From contig JBAZKN010000005.1 of NCBI GenBank assembly GCA_041650755.1, positions 580 to 64,579 on the forward strand: a DNA stretch of 64,000 nucleotides, read 5' to 3'. Numbering within the stretch: position 1 is the stretch's first letter; every line of letters starts with the position of its first letter. This DNA comes from Patescibacteria group bacterium. GTDB taxonomy: Bacteria > Patescibacteriota > Patescibacteriia > UBA1558 > GWA2-36-10. Under the pieces are notes generated by a model that saw only the letters and a program-made list of their open reading frames with translations, searched no databases and had not been told where the DNA came from. This document shows, in pieces, positions 8,968 through 19,587 of the stretch. The position numbers and the translations under genes were made by a program.

Positions 8968-11900
8968 ATGCCGAGTAAAAAATCTCTAAGTTTTCGCCCC
9001 ATTATTGGCTTAATGTTGGCGAGTTTGTTTTTATCAAATTTTTCGCTAATTTTAGCCAAAAAAGCTCAAGCGCAAGAATCAGAACCGGAAATTTCTAACC
9101 AAATAACGCCGGTTGATCCGATTATCCAGCCTGTGGATAACTCAAATGGGGAAATCATGGGTCTGCCGATAAAGGAAATAGCTAAACCAATACCCAGTCC
9201 GATATTTTTGGATCCAGTTGTCGAAGATCCGGTTTTGGATCCGATAATCGAGGAGCCGTCATTAGATCCGATTATTGAGCCGGGCGATCAGGCACCGATA
9301 AGCGATGATGGCGCAATAAGCAACGACACTGCTGAAGAAATGGACATGATGTCTGGCGAAGATGGTGTGGTTGATATGTATGGTAATCGAGATAATGTTG
9401 GCAAACAGCCAAAAGATAAGGTGGGCAGCTATAATATCGATGAATTGACCGGCTTATTTTCTTATTCTTATTCCCTGTCTATCCCCAAGGGTCGAACCAA
9501 TCTACAGCCAGATATCGCTCTGCAATACAATCATCGGCAGGTGAATATTGGCTCTATGGCAGGTTTTGGCTGGAGTCTGTATATGCCAAGTATCGAAAGA
9601 GACAACCGTACTGGTATTGATAATATATATAATGAGAAATATTTTATTTTAAACTTGGGCGGCAGCAGTCAATTGCAGCCGATAAGCGTGGATAGCAGCG
9701 GCTATGGCACCTATGGCAAGCTGGTTGATTCTAATTTCGCTAAAGTTGAATTTAGCAGTGAAAACAAGTGGATAGTCACTGATAGATTGGGCACAGCTTA
9801 TACCTTTGGCGCCGATATAAATGCTCGACAGGATAACCCCAATAACTCCACCCAGATTTATAAATGGATGCTTCAGGAAATCAGGGATACTAATGATAAT
9901 TTCGTAAGGTATGAATATTATAAAGATAGCGGGCAAATTTATCCCAAGAAAATATTTTACACCGGCTCAGGTGTGACCGACGGTATTTATGAAGTTGATT
10001 TTCAGCCCTTTGCTTCCGGTAGTTTGACGCAAAACAATATTGCCAACTCATCTTACCAAACGGGTTTTGAAGTTAAAACGCAATATTTATTGGATAGAAT
10101 TGAAATTAAAGTAGAGGGCCAGATAAAAACTGTTTATGATTTAGTGCAACATTTGAATGAAACCAGCAGCAAATATTTATTGCAATCAATAGTGCCTCAA
10201 TTTTATAATGGCGGCGCAGGATTTACCAAAGATCAGGTGGATTTTCAGTATTCATATCAAGCAACCACGTATTCAGCTACTAGTCAGTACGACCTGCCAA
10301 ATAATATGATTTTAGGTGCCGAGAGCCAACAGGGATATGGCAAACAGGATTACTTTTTAGATTTAAATAGTGATAGTTATACTGATTTTATTCGGGTCAG
10401 TTGTTCCAGTGGACAAGTCGATGTTGACGCTTGGCTCAACAATGGTCAAGGAGCGTGGGCAACTAGCACAGCCTTTGATTTGAGCACTAGTTTTAGCGGT
10501 AATTGCGGCGGCGTGTTTGGTGGTACGTATTATTCCTTGCCTCTTACTTTTGCCAATCTAAACGGCGATCATTTTATGGATATGGCTATGGATGATCGTT
10601 TTTATATCAATAGCGGCAGTGGTTGGCAACAGTCATCTAGCACTCTGCCGGTATCATTGACTCAAGTATCGCATGCCGGTTTACCACCCATGAATCTAGT
10701 AATTTTTCAAGACATGAATGCTGACGGCTATGATGATATTATTTATAATAACCATACCGACCTTACGGCCAACATAGATGTTTATTTGCGTAATATCGGT
10801 ACCGGCGGCTGGATTCTGGATAATGATTATCATAATTCAGTGACCATGGAATCTAGTGATTGTCTGGCTTATGGGGGTGATCCTTATGGTTTTGCCGATC
10901 TAAATAATGATGGTCTGGGTGATGTGTTTTATAAATATAGCTGTCAATATGGCGAGCATCATGAGCAAGGCGAAGGCATACTTTTTAATACCGGTAGTAG
11001 CTTTATTTCCGGTACGGTGAGTATGGACTTGCCAATTATGAGTTATTTTTTAGACATAGCCACTCCAGAGCAAACAGTAAATTATTTTAGCGATTTGGAT
11101 GGAGATGGCTTGAGTGATCGTGGTTATTATCACAAGGTTGAGGAAAACAGCACATGGTCTCAAGGAAATTTGTCTTTAATGGGTCAAACTGTGTTTGATA
11201 CGGGGGATATAGAAGATTATGGGGACTATTATAAATTATCTTTACCAGTGGCCATCGCTGATTTCAATGGCGATCAGGTGCAAGATATCATTCATTCCGG
11301 CGGCTCATTTGCCGATACATATTTTGGCAAAGGAGAAAAATTGGATATCATGCGAGAGATTGATAATCAATCTGGTTCTAAGATATATATTAGCTATGGT
11401 TTTTCCGCTCAAGAAAAAAATACCGATGGCAGCCTGGCTAATCCGGATTTGCCGTTTAATATGTATGTAGCCAGAGAAGTAGTCATCGATGATGGCGTCA
11501 ATAATTGGTCTGGCTACCAATATCAGTACGCCGCTGGTAAAACAATGGAAATTGCCAGCGAGAAATTGCGCGATGTATATGGTTTTGCCAAAGTTACCAA
11601 TCGGCAGGGTCAGGCTTTGCCGATTGATTTGGGGGATGGAAGTGACGGTGTTTATGTATCTACCGGCAATGATATCTGGGAAACAGACAAAAATTTTACT
11701 TCTATATTAATCAATGAGGGGCACACTGTAGTTGTAAAAAATGGTATTAAGATAAAAAATCAAGGAGTCGCCGTCATTAATGGCATTTTGTCTGCGCTTG
11801 GCCAAGGGTACCAATATGATGAATCTGGCCCTGGTCAAGGCGGCAGCGGCTTGCTTTGCGGCATATATAACGCGGCCGGCGGCGGCGGCGGTTCGTATGG

Positions 11901-14900
11901 CGGTTTGGGAACCGCCGGCCAGGAGCCAAGCGGCTGCTCCAATAAAGCTGGCCAGCCCGGACCAACTTATGGTTATGAAGATTTAAATATAATGTTTTTG
12001 GGGTCTAGCGGCGGCAATGGCGGCGATGTTGGCCGAGGCGGCGGCTATGGAGATGCTGGCGCCGGCGGCAATGGCGGCGGTATTATAATATTAAATTCTT
12101 TATCTTTAGAGCTTGGCATCAACGGCCAGATCAATGCCAATGGCCAAGATGGCGGTTCAGCTACTTTGGATAGCGGTCTTTGGTCTGGCGCCGGCGGCGG
12201 CGGCGGATCGGGCGGATCAATATATATTCAAACCATTGAAACAACTAGTATCGGAAGTGGCCAGGTAAAGGCCTTGGGTGGCCAGGGCGGCAATGAATAC
12301 CATTCAGTCGGTATGGAACCCTCTGGTAATGGCGGCGTGGGCGGCGATGGCCGCATTAGAATAGAGTCGTACAATGGCCAGATCAATGGATCATCCCAAC
12401 CAAATTATTTTTCTAATACTGAATTTATTCCGTCTGTGAGCAATATCTACAATGACATAAATTTACAGAAAATAGTAAATGATTATAACATCGCTTCAGA
12501 CGCGGGCCTGTATCTGCACGGCAAAGTAAAGTATAGCAGCCGTTATGACTGGCAGGATAATATGTTGGGCAAGAAAATTGTTCAATGGCAGACAGAGGAT
12601 CTGGGTCAGAACAGAAGGTTTGTTTATAGTGATCAAGATACCGATACTCAGATTCATTTATTGGAGGGTGGGCCTTTGCGTGAGTATGATGTCGACGCCA
12701 ACACAGTAGCGCTATACCATATGAATGGTATTGTTGGCACGCAAGATAAAAAAGATAATGCCCAGGGCAATGGCACTTATGATTTGGTAGAGGAGGGTTT
12801 TGGCAGCGCCAACGTAGATACTGGCTTTAATGGCCAGGCTAACGGCGCCTATAAAGGAGTTTCCACTAATACTAGAGCATATGCACCAGTATATGGTATT
12901 GGCGACGATGCTTTTACTTTGGAAATGTGGATCAAGTATAATGGCAGCGTTTTGACTATGCGGCCGTTTGGCAAGATTAATAATAGTAATCTCGGTTTTG
13001 TGGCCGAATATGATAATAATCAAAATTATATTTGGTTTTATTCTCAATCTGACAAATATACCTGGACAGTGCATTCAGCGCAAAACTCCATACATTTGGG
13101 TCAATGGCAACATTATGCTTTTGTGGTGGATACGCAGAACGCCTATATTTATATTGATGGCGATTTATCTGGCCAAGGCCCAGTGACATATAATGGCGGT
13201 GATGCAGTCAACGAAAAGTTGTATCTATTTTGCCATAAGGCAAATTGTAATGATGCCGGGCCATTTTCTATTGATGAATTGCGTATCTCTAATATAGCCA
13301 GAAATAGCCAGGAAATATTTGATTATTATCACAACACGCAGGAGCCATACTATGAAACTAGCGTCGCTTCGCAATATGAATATAATACTGATAATGGCAA
13401 TTTGCTGACTAAACATGATTTAGGTAAAGTAACGGTTAATTTAAATACCGGTCAAATCACCGATCAGCTTACTGGTGACGAAAAAGACACCAACTACGAA
13501 TATGCCCAAAATACCACCAAGCATATCCTGGCTGCCCCGAAGAATAAGGAAATCAGCAGCATTGCCGAAAGTAAAGATCAGGATTTATATTATGATAATT
13601 TACCTTTGGGCCAAGTAGAAAAAGTCAATCTTACCAAAGAAGATTATAAAACAGACGCGGTCGAAGTAAAACGAGTTTTCAACAGCTATGGTTTGGTCAG
13701 CGCCGAGATTGATCCAAAAAATGCCACCACCACCATCGTCTACGACAGCCCCAATCTTTATCCGGCTTCTGCGACCAATGCCTTGAATCAGGTGACTTTG
13801 ACTGACTACAATTTATTCAACGGCCAAGTAGCCAGCTCCACCGATCCCAATGGCTCAAGAACCGTAAATACATTTGACGCTTTTGGCCGCCTGGTCCTAA
13901 CGCAGATTTCCGATCCTGGCAATCCGACAACTTTGCTGACCAAGCAAGAAATAAGTTATCAAGACACGATTTTGCCTAGATACAAAGAAGTCAAAGATTA
14001 TTATACCGCCAGTCAATATCAGACTAGCAGGGAATACTATGATGGTCTTAATAGAGTGGTTCAGAAAAAATCCCAGACCGGAAATTCCGGCGAATATGCC
14101 ACAGTAGATATTAGCTATGATGCTCAAGGCAGAGTAGAGCGCCAGTCTTTGCCCTATATGACCAGCAGTTTGGCCTATAGCTCGGCAGATCTGTCCAAAC
14201 CAGCTAAAACCTATACTTATGATGCTCAAGACAGGATTTTGACCGAAACAACGCCGGTTGGCACAAGCAGCTATGAGTATGACGGCTTCATTACTGTTAT
14301 CACTGACGCCAATGGCCACGTCAAAGAATTGACCAAAGATGCCTATGGCAATTTAGTCCAAGTCAAAGAGCACAATGGCGCCAGTGTCTATACTACCAAC
14401 TACGAATATACATTGACAAACAAGCTCAAGAAAATCACGGACAGTGCTGGCAATATTCGCAACTTTAGCTATGATGCTCTGGACAATTTGACTTGGCAGG
14501 ACATGGTGCATAAGCCCAGTGTTGCAAATCCCGCCAAGATCCAATACACCTATGACAAAAATGGCAATGTCTTAACAGAAACATCTTTTAAGAACGATGC
14601 CATATCCTATACTTATGATAATTTAAACAGAGTCCTGAATGAAAAATTGTCCGGCGCTACTAAAATAAACTACACTTATGACAATGGCCAGTATAATAAA
14701 GGCAAGCTTATTTTCGCTGATTATGGCTTAGGCAATTCTAAGCGCTATAACTATGATATTTTGGGCCGCCTGACTACCGCCACCACTACCATTGCCAATG
14801 AGCCCTTTGTCTTAAAGTACGAGTACAATCTAGCCGGCGCTCTATCCAAAGTCACTTATCCAAACAATTGGCAAGTAGCTTACAGCTTCAATGATATCGG

Positions 14901-16722
14901 CCAAGTAAGCTCTATATCTCTGGACAAAGGCCAAGGCCCAATAAATATAGCCACCAATATCATTTACAACCAAAATGGCCAGATGACTCACCTGGAAAGG
15001 GACAATGACGCCATAACCGACTATACCTATGACCCCAATCAAGCCTTTAGACTGACCAGGATTCTGACTACTTCTGGCCAGGACACTCTGCAAGACCTCA
15101 ACTATACCTATGACGATGTAGGCAATATCTTGAACATAGTAGATAACGCCAATACTGATCTCAAGAAATCAGCTACCTACACCTACGATGACTTAAATAG
15201 GTTGCTTTCAGCTACAGTAAGCTACACCAACCACCCAGATAAAAACTACACCCAGACATTTACCTATGACAGTATTGGTAATATGACAGCAAACTCTGAT
15301 CTAGGTACAATGAACTATCTAAATAACAATCCTCATCAGCTCACCTCTGTAGGCTCAAGGAACTTTGTCTATGACAATGCCGGCAACCTTAATAGGGAAA
15401 TAGGCCTAAGAAAGTACTACTGGGACCATAGAAACAGACTAAAGAATACTTTTGATATAGCTTCAGAAGACAACACCTACTATCTCTATGACCATAATAA
15501 CCAAAGATTCATAAAATGGACTGAAGACTACCTCTACTACCCTCCAGATCCAGAAATACCCACTGAATCTCTATCTATTCCCGACAGAGGCCTGGATAAT
15601 CTAGATTCTACTGAAGAACTGACCCTAGACGGTGGCACAGGCTACTGGGCTTGGACTGTGGTATCACAGGATAAGTATGTTGATAAATACTTTGAGAAGA
15701 ACCTTAATAACCAGACTAAAACCCACCTATACCTCGATAATATTAAATTAGCTACTATAAATAATAATGGTAATCCAAACTACATACTATCTGACCACTT
15801 AAGCTCTTCAGATATTATTATAGACAGCTCTGGATCTATTATGGAGTCAACTGATTACAAACCTTTTGGTAGTATACAAGCTGAATATACTGTTACAGAC
15901 CCCATTTCAGACTACAAGTTTTCAGGGAAAGAGGTGGACGAGGAGAGTGCTTTACAATATTTTGGGGCAAGGTATAATGATAATCAGTTGGGGAGGTTTA
16001 TAACGATAGATCCATTACTCTTAGATTTGGAAGATAGTGAAAATTACAATAAGCAAATATTAGAACTATTTATAGATCCTCAACAACTGAACTCATACAG
16101 CTATGCCAGGAATAACCCAATTATTTACACTGATCCATCTGGTCAGTATGTAGAAACAGCCCTTGATTTGATTTCCCTAGCTTTATCTTATTACGATTAT
16201 CAACATAAAAAGAGTACCTGGAACATGGTATTTCTGGGGCTAGATATAGTAGGCGTTGCAGCTCCTTTGCCATCGTTAGGACTAGCAAAGAATGGATACA
16301 GAACATACAAAATAGCTGATTATTTCCATGGTATTGCCAAAAATGTTGATGATGTTATAAACTTAGGGGAGCTATTTGTTAAGAATGCAAATTTTAAGTT
16401 CACTCAAAGAGCCTGGTCTGCTGGTGAAGCTGGAAATGATGTAGCTAGTTTAGTCGGGCATTATTATAAACATGGAGCAGAAGTTGGGGCTAAGAATGTT
16501 GATGAGTATTATAGTATGGCTAATAGTTTAATCAATTCCGCAGATAATACAACCGTCTTCAAACTTGATGGTGTTTATGGCAAGGGTTATGTTGATTATT
16601 TTAATCCTACAACACGTGAGTTAGTCGGTTTAAATAAGAGTGGCCAAATAAGTTCCTATCAAATGGTCTATGATCAAGTAAAATTTGATAAGTTAAGCGA
16701 TGCTGTTAATAATTTAAGGTAA
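8968..16722 (+). CDS. Giant secreted RHS/Tc-like polymorphic toxin (signal peptide, SpvB-like, FG-GAP repeats, Gly-rich, LamG, YD repeats, RHS core, C-terminal toxin)
   Basis: AQA signal cleavage; SpvB-like IPKGRTNLQPDIALQY..GFGWSL; DxNxDG repeats; LamG FTLEMW..WQHYAFV..IDELRISN; many YD repeats; NNPIIYTDPSG autocleavage motif; CT contains HYYKHGAE. Confidence 0.92.
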   Translation: MPSKKSLSFRPIIGLMLASLFLSNFSLILAKKAQAQESEPEISNQITPVDPIIQPVDNSNGEIMGLPIKEIAKPIPSPIFLDPVVEDPVLDPIIEEPSLDPIIEPGDQAPISDDGAISNDTAEEMDMMSGEDGVVDMYGNRDNVGKQPKDKVGSYNIDELTGLFSYSYSLSIPKGRTNLQPDIALQYNHRQVNIGSMAGFGWSLYMPSIERDNRTGIDNIYNEKYFILNLGGSSQLQPISVDSSGYGTYGKLVDSNFAKVEFSSENKWIVTDRLGTAYTFGADINARQDNPNNSTQIYKWMLQEIRDTNDNFVRYEYYKDSGQIYPKKIFYTGSGVTDGIYEVDFQPFASGSLTQNNIANSSYQTGFEVKTQYLLDRIEIKVEGQIKTVYDLVQHLNETSSKYLLQSIVPQFYNGGAGFTKDQVDFQYSYQATTYSATSQYDLPNNMILGAESQQGYGKQDYFLDLNSDSYTDFIRVSCSSGQVDVDAWLNNGQGAWATSTAFDLSTSFSGNCGGVFGGTYYSLPLTFANLNGDHFMDMAMDDRFYINSGSGWQQSSSTLPVSLTQVSHAGLPPMNLVIFQDMNADGYDDIIYNNHTDLTANIDVYLRNIGTGGWILDNDYHNSVTMESSDCLAYGGDPYGFADLNNDGLGDVFYKYSCQYGEHHEQGEGILFNTGSSFISGTVSMDLPIMSYFLDIATPEQTVNYFSDLDGDGLSDRGYYHKVEENSTWSQGNLSLMGQTVFDTGDIEDYGDYYKLSLPVAIADFNGDQVQDIIHSGGSFADTYFGKGEKLDIMREIDNQSGSKIYISYGFSAQEKNTDGSLANPDLPFNMYVAREVVIDDGVNNWSGYQYQYAAGKTMEIASEKLRDVYGFAKVTNRQGQALPIDLGDGSDGVYVSTGNDIWETDKNFTSILINEGHTVVVKNGIKIKNQGVAVINGILSALGQGYQYDESGPGQGGSGLLCGIYNAAGGGGGSYGGLGTAGQEPSGCSNKAGQPGPTYGYEDLNIMFLGSSGGNGGDVGRGGGYGDAGAGGNGGGIIILNSLSLELGINGQINANGQDGGSATLDSGLWSGAGGGGGSGGSIYIQTIETTSIGSGQVKALGGQGGNEYHSVGMEPSGNGGVGGDGRIRIESYNGQINGSSQPNYFSNTEFIPSVSNIYNDINLQKIVNDYNIASDAGLYLHGKVKYSSRYDWQDNMLGKKIVQWQTEDLGQNRRFVYSDQDTDTQIHLLEGGPLREYDVDANTVALYHMNGIVGTQDKKDNAQGNGTYDLVEEGFGSANVDTGFNGQANGAYKGVSTNTRAYAPVYGIGDDAFTLEMWIKYNGSVLTMRPFGKINNSNLGFVAEYDNNQNYIWFYSQSDKYTWTVHSAQNSIHLGQWQHYAFVVDTQNAYIYIDGDLSGQGPVTYNGGDAVNEKLYLFCHKANCNDAGPFSIDELRISNIARNSQEIFDYYHNTQEPYYETSVASQYEYNTDNGNLLTKHDLGKVTVNLNTGQITDQLTGDEKDTNYEYAQNTTKHILAAPKNKEISSIAESKDQDLYYDNLPLGQVEKVNLTKEDYKTDAVEVKRVFNSYGLVSAEIDPKNATTTIVYDSPNLYPASATNALNQVTLTDYNLFNGQVASSTDPNGSRTVNTFDAFGRLVLTQISDPGNPTTLLTKQEISYQDTILPRYKEVKDYYTASQYQTSREYYDGLNRVVQKKSQTGNSGEYATVDISYDAQGRVERQSLPYMTSSLAYSSADLSKPAKTYTYDAQDRILTETTPVGTSSYEYDGFITVITDANGHVKELTKDAYGNLVQVKEHNGASVYTTNYEYTLTNKLKKITDSAGNIRNFSYDALDNLTWQDMVHKPSVANPAKIQYTYDKNGNVLTETSFKNDAISYTYDNLNRVLNEKLSGATKINYTYDNGQYNKGKLIFADYGLGNSKRYNYDILGRLTTATTTIANEPFVLKYEYNLAGALSKVTYPNNWQVAYSFNDIGQVSSISLDKGQGPINIATNIIYNQNGQMTHLERDNDAITDYTYDPNQAFRLTRILTTSGQDTLQDLNYTYDDVGNILNIVDNANTDLKKSATYTYDDLNRLLSATVSYTNHPDKNYTQTFTYDSIGNMTANSDLGTMNYLNNNPHQLTSVGSRNFVYDNAGNLNREIGLRKYYWDHRNRLKNTFDIASEDNTYYLYDHNNQRFIKWTEDYLYYPPDPEIPTESLSIPDRGLDNLDSTEELTLDGGTGYWAWTVVSQDKYVDKYFEKNLNNQTKTHLYLDNIKLATINNNGNPNYILSDHLSSSDIIIDSSGSIMESTDYKPFGSIQAEYTVTDPISDYKFSGKEVDEESALQYFGARYNDNQLGRFITIDPLLLDLEDSENYNKQILELFIDPQQLNSYSYARNNPIIYTDPSGQYVETALDLISLALSYYDYQHKKSTWNMVFLGLDIVGVAAPLPSLGLAKNGYRTYKIADYFHGIAKNVDDVINLGELFVKNANFKFTQRAWSAGEAGNDVASLVGHYYKHGAEVGAKNVDEYYSMANSLINSADNTTVFKLDGVYGKGYVDYFNPTTRELVGLNKSGQISSYQMVYDQVKFDKLSDAVNNLR

Positions 16723-16726
16723 AATT

Positions 16727-17032
16727 ATGATAAAAGAAGACATTATTGAGAAGTATAAAGATTTTCGTCTTGGGTATCGTGATTATGAGAAAGATGACAA
16801 ATATGTGGGCGACTTCAAAAATTTTAATGTTGTAGTTAAATGGATTTTATTGATGCCAGAGAGGTATACAGATTTAACAAAAGAGGGGTTTATGTTTATT
16901 GACGAATATCATGGGATTGATAATATTTTGAAAAAAATTTTAGAGGACTATCCAGATTTTCCATTTGATGGAAACGATCCTAAAAAGTATATGAAAGAAG
17001 TGTTAACAAATGCTGTATCTGGAAAAAGATAA
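16727..17032 (+). CDS. Putative cognate immunity protein of the main RHS toxin
   Basis: Small AT-rich ORF 4 nt after the toxin stop codon. Confidence 0.7.
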   Translation: MIKEDIIEKYKDFRLGYRDYEKDDKYVGDFKNFNVVVKWILLMPERYTDLTKEGFMFIDEYHGIDNILKKILEDYPDFPFDGNDPKKYMKEVLTNAVSGKR

Positions 17033-17092
17033 GGATATTAGCTTTTTTTATAAGCAAATATCGTGTAAGTAATTATCGCTAAAATAAATATC

Positions 17093-17276
17093 CTCGCCTA
17101 GCCAAGGTGAGCTAGAAATTTAGAGACGAGTCAGAGCGTTACGAAGTAAGCGACGCAATGTTTGAGCGCAGCGAGTTTTGCGTTGCTAGTGATGACGAGT
17201 CCTAAATTCTGTGAACCTTGGCTCAAGCGAGCGACTTTTTTGGCTACTTTTTTGGTCGTACAAAAAAGTAGCATAA
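17093..17276. repeat. Long palindromic MITE/REP-like element
   Basis: Nested inverted repeats (gccaagg/ccttggc, aatttag/ctaaatt) plus gctactttttt..aaaaaagtagc. The tail caaaaaagtagcataa recurs at 38357-38372. Confidence 0.7.
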
Positions 17277-18296
17277 GACAAATACATTGATAAGTACTTT
17301 GAGAAGAATCTGAATAACCAGACTAAGTCTCATATTTATTTGAATGATATAAAGATAGCTACGGTGAATAACAATAATGACCCATATTATATACTATCAG
17401 ATCATTTGAGTTCTAGCTCAATACTGACTGATAGTACTGGCACCACAGCTCAATTGTCAGATTACAAGCCATTTGGTAATATTAACTATGATAATGAGAT
17501 CATTGACTTAAAGAATGATTATAAGTTCACTGGACGGGAGTATGACGAAGAGACCAATATTCAGTATTTTGGAGCGAGGTATTATGATAACCAGTTGGGT
17601 AGATTTACGGCTATAGATCCGTTAATGATTGATATCTTAGATGCTAAGAAGTATAATAAGAATACTGATGAAATTTTAGCTAATCCCCAAGAATTAAATT
17701 CTTATTCTTATGTAGCCAATAATCCTGTGGTATATGTAGATCCAACAGGAGCCATCAAAGTGAATTATGATGATGCCACTGATGAGCAGAAAACTCAATT
17801 CAAAGAGGCGCTAGTTAAATTGCATGATTTGGTTCAAAATAATCAAGAGATACAGGATTATTTTAAATCATTTGATAAAGATATTGATATTGTTAAGATT
17901 TTGAGCAGTGACGAAAAATATGGTCCGGACGTATTTATAGGAGTGGATGATAACCCCGATAAACCGCTAGCTGGGTCATATAATGGAGATTGGTGGTTTA
18001 ATGATGTAAACATATATGATCTTGGATTAGAGGGTGATTCTGAGTCAATTGGTAGCACTTTAATTCACGAACTGAGCCACTGGGCTAATGATGCAGGTAG
18101 TTGGTTCGGTGATAAAAATCCAAATATAAGTGGATTTAAATCCTATGAACATTTTATGAGTCAGCAAAACTCCAAAGACCAGGGATTATCAGGTTATGAA
18201 AAGCAGCAACGATTTAATACATATTATAAGGTTATGAGTGATTGGGGAGGGCCTTATGGATATTTCGCTGAGGATATTCTATACGGTAAATATTAA
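17277..18296 (+). pseudogene. Orphan RHS cassette 1: core plus HExxH metallopeptidase toxin, no true start
   Basis: Begins in frame at DKYIDKYFEK right after a TAA; NNPVVYVDPTG; CT contains STLIHELSHW. Confidence 0.8.
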
Positions 18297-18301
18297 AATA
18301 T

Positions 18302-18709
18302 ATGATTATGAATAAGAAAATTAATCTGATTTTAACAATTTTAATTGGTTTAGGACTTCTGCTTTTTGGTCTATCGCCCATGACTCCTTATACACCTTAC
18401 GTTCTGCTAGTATTATTGATTATTTTATTTACTTCTACCTTTAAGTTTCGTGAAAAGAAAATAATCAGTTCACTTTTCTATATCATGTTGGTGTTATCTG
18501 TATTATATATGATAATACCATTTAAGATCATAAATATAAACAATGCAGAAGATGTTAAATTATTTTTTGTAGGAGATGAAAAGGTTAAAATTTTACCTAT
18601 CGTAAATGCAGATTTGGAATATCTAGATAAGCGTCCACTGGAAGTTTACCCGGTTGGTGATGTTATTATTAGAATAGCCCCTCATTACGTAGTGCTTATA
18701 AGGAACTAA
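18302..18709 (+). CDS. Putative immunity protein (membrane) of cassette 1
   Basis: Three TM segments; directly follows the CT. Confidence 0.65.
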   Translation: MIMNKKINLILTILIGLGLLLFGLSPMTPYTPYVLLVLLIILFTSTFKFREKKIISSLFYIMLVLSVLYMIIPFKIININNAEDVKLFFVGDEKVKILPIVNADLEYLDKRPLEVYPVGDVIIRIAPHYVVLIRN

Positions 18710-18716
18710 TAAATAC

Positions 18717-18743
18717 AAAAAACCGCCTTTCTGGCGGTTTTTT
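18717..18743. terminator. Bidirectional intrinsic terminator
   Basis: aaaaaaccgcc-tttct-ggcggtttttt. Confidence 0.85.
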
Positions 18744-18857
18744 GATGTAGGTAAGCTGTTGGTAACTAGAGCCTTCGCAAGACCTCAAAAGTGAGCTAAG
18801 CTAAAGGTGGACTTTTAGTTCTTTTTTAGCTAAAATATAGTTAACAATTAAATAACA

Positions 18858-19051
18858 TTGGCTTAACAGCCAAGCGCCTAAACTTAAGGATTTTCCTTGG
18901 GCATGGTGCAAAAACCTATAACAGTAAATGGCTCGTCGTCAGAGCACTGTTATAGGTCATGCCTCGAAAGGGGTATGGGTCTCCGTAAGGGGATCGCTGG
19001 CGGCGGGCTTTTTGCATCTCCGGCAGCCCTCTCACTTAGGTCGAAAGTGAG
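18858..19051 (+). ncRNA. Candidate structured RNA or leader upstream of the OB-fold gene
   Basis: Several hairpins with GNRA loops and G-U pairs valid on +; promoter-like TGGACT-17-TAAAAT at 18808-18836. Confidence 0.5.
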
Positions 19052-19083
19052 TCTAGGAATTAATTATTAATCAAAATAATTTT

Positions 19084-19578
19084 ATGGAAACAGGAAAAAA
19101 GAAAATGGGTTTTTTCAAAAAGATGTTAATTGGTGCGGGCGTTACACTTGTTGTTATCATCGTTATCGCTGCTTCAAGTGACAATGATAATGAAAATACT
19201 AATCAATCCAATCAGCAAGCAGCGACTACTAACCAACAACAAGGTCAGCAACCAGAACAATCTATAATAAAAGTTACCGCTGTTAAACTCAGTGAGGAAT
19301 ATGATACTAATAGCGTGGCCGCTGACGCAAAGTATAAGAATGAAATGGTAGAAGTCTCTGGTGTTATTGATAATATAGGTAAGGATATTATTGATACGCC
19401 GTATGTTACTTTATATGGCCCATCTAGTAGTTTATTTGGTATTCAGTGTATGTTTAATAAAGAAGACGAAGTTCAATTAGCGGCCTTATCAAAAGAACAA
19501 AACATTGTTCTTAGGGGTAAAGTGGAAGGAGAAATTATTGGCAATGTCATTGTTAGAGGTTGTAGCATAGTTAAATAG
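19084..19578 (+). CDS. Membrane-anchored OB-fold protein (tRNA_anti-like family)
   Basis: N-terminal TM, N/Q linker, then VTAVKLSEEYDTNSVAADAKYKNEMVEVSGVI. Confidence 0.75.
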   Translation: METGKKKMGFFKKMLIGAGVTLVVIIVIAASSDNDNENTNQSNQQAATTNQQQGQQPEQSIIKVTAVKLSEEYDTNSVAADAKYKNEMVEVSGVIDNIGKDIIDTPYVTLYGPSSSLFGIQCMFNKEDEVQLAALSKEQNIVLRGKVEGEIIGNVIVRGCSIVK

Positions 19579-19587
19579 CCACACTAA

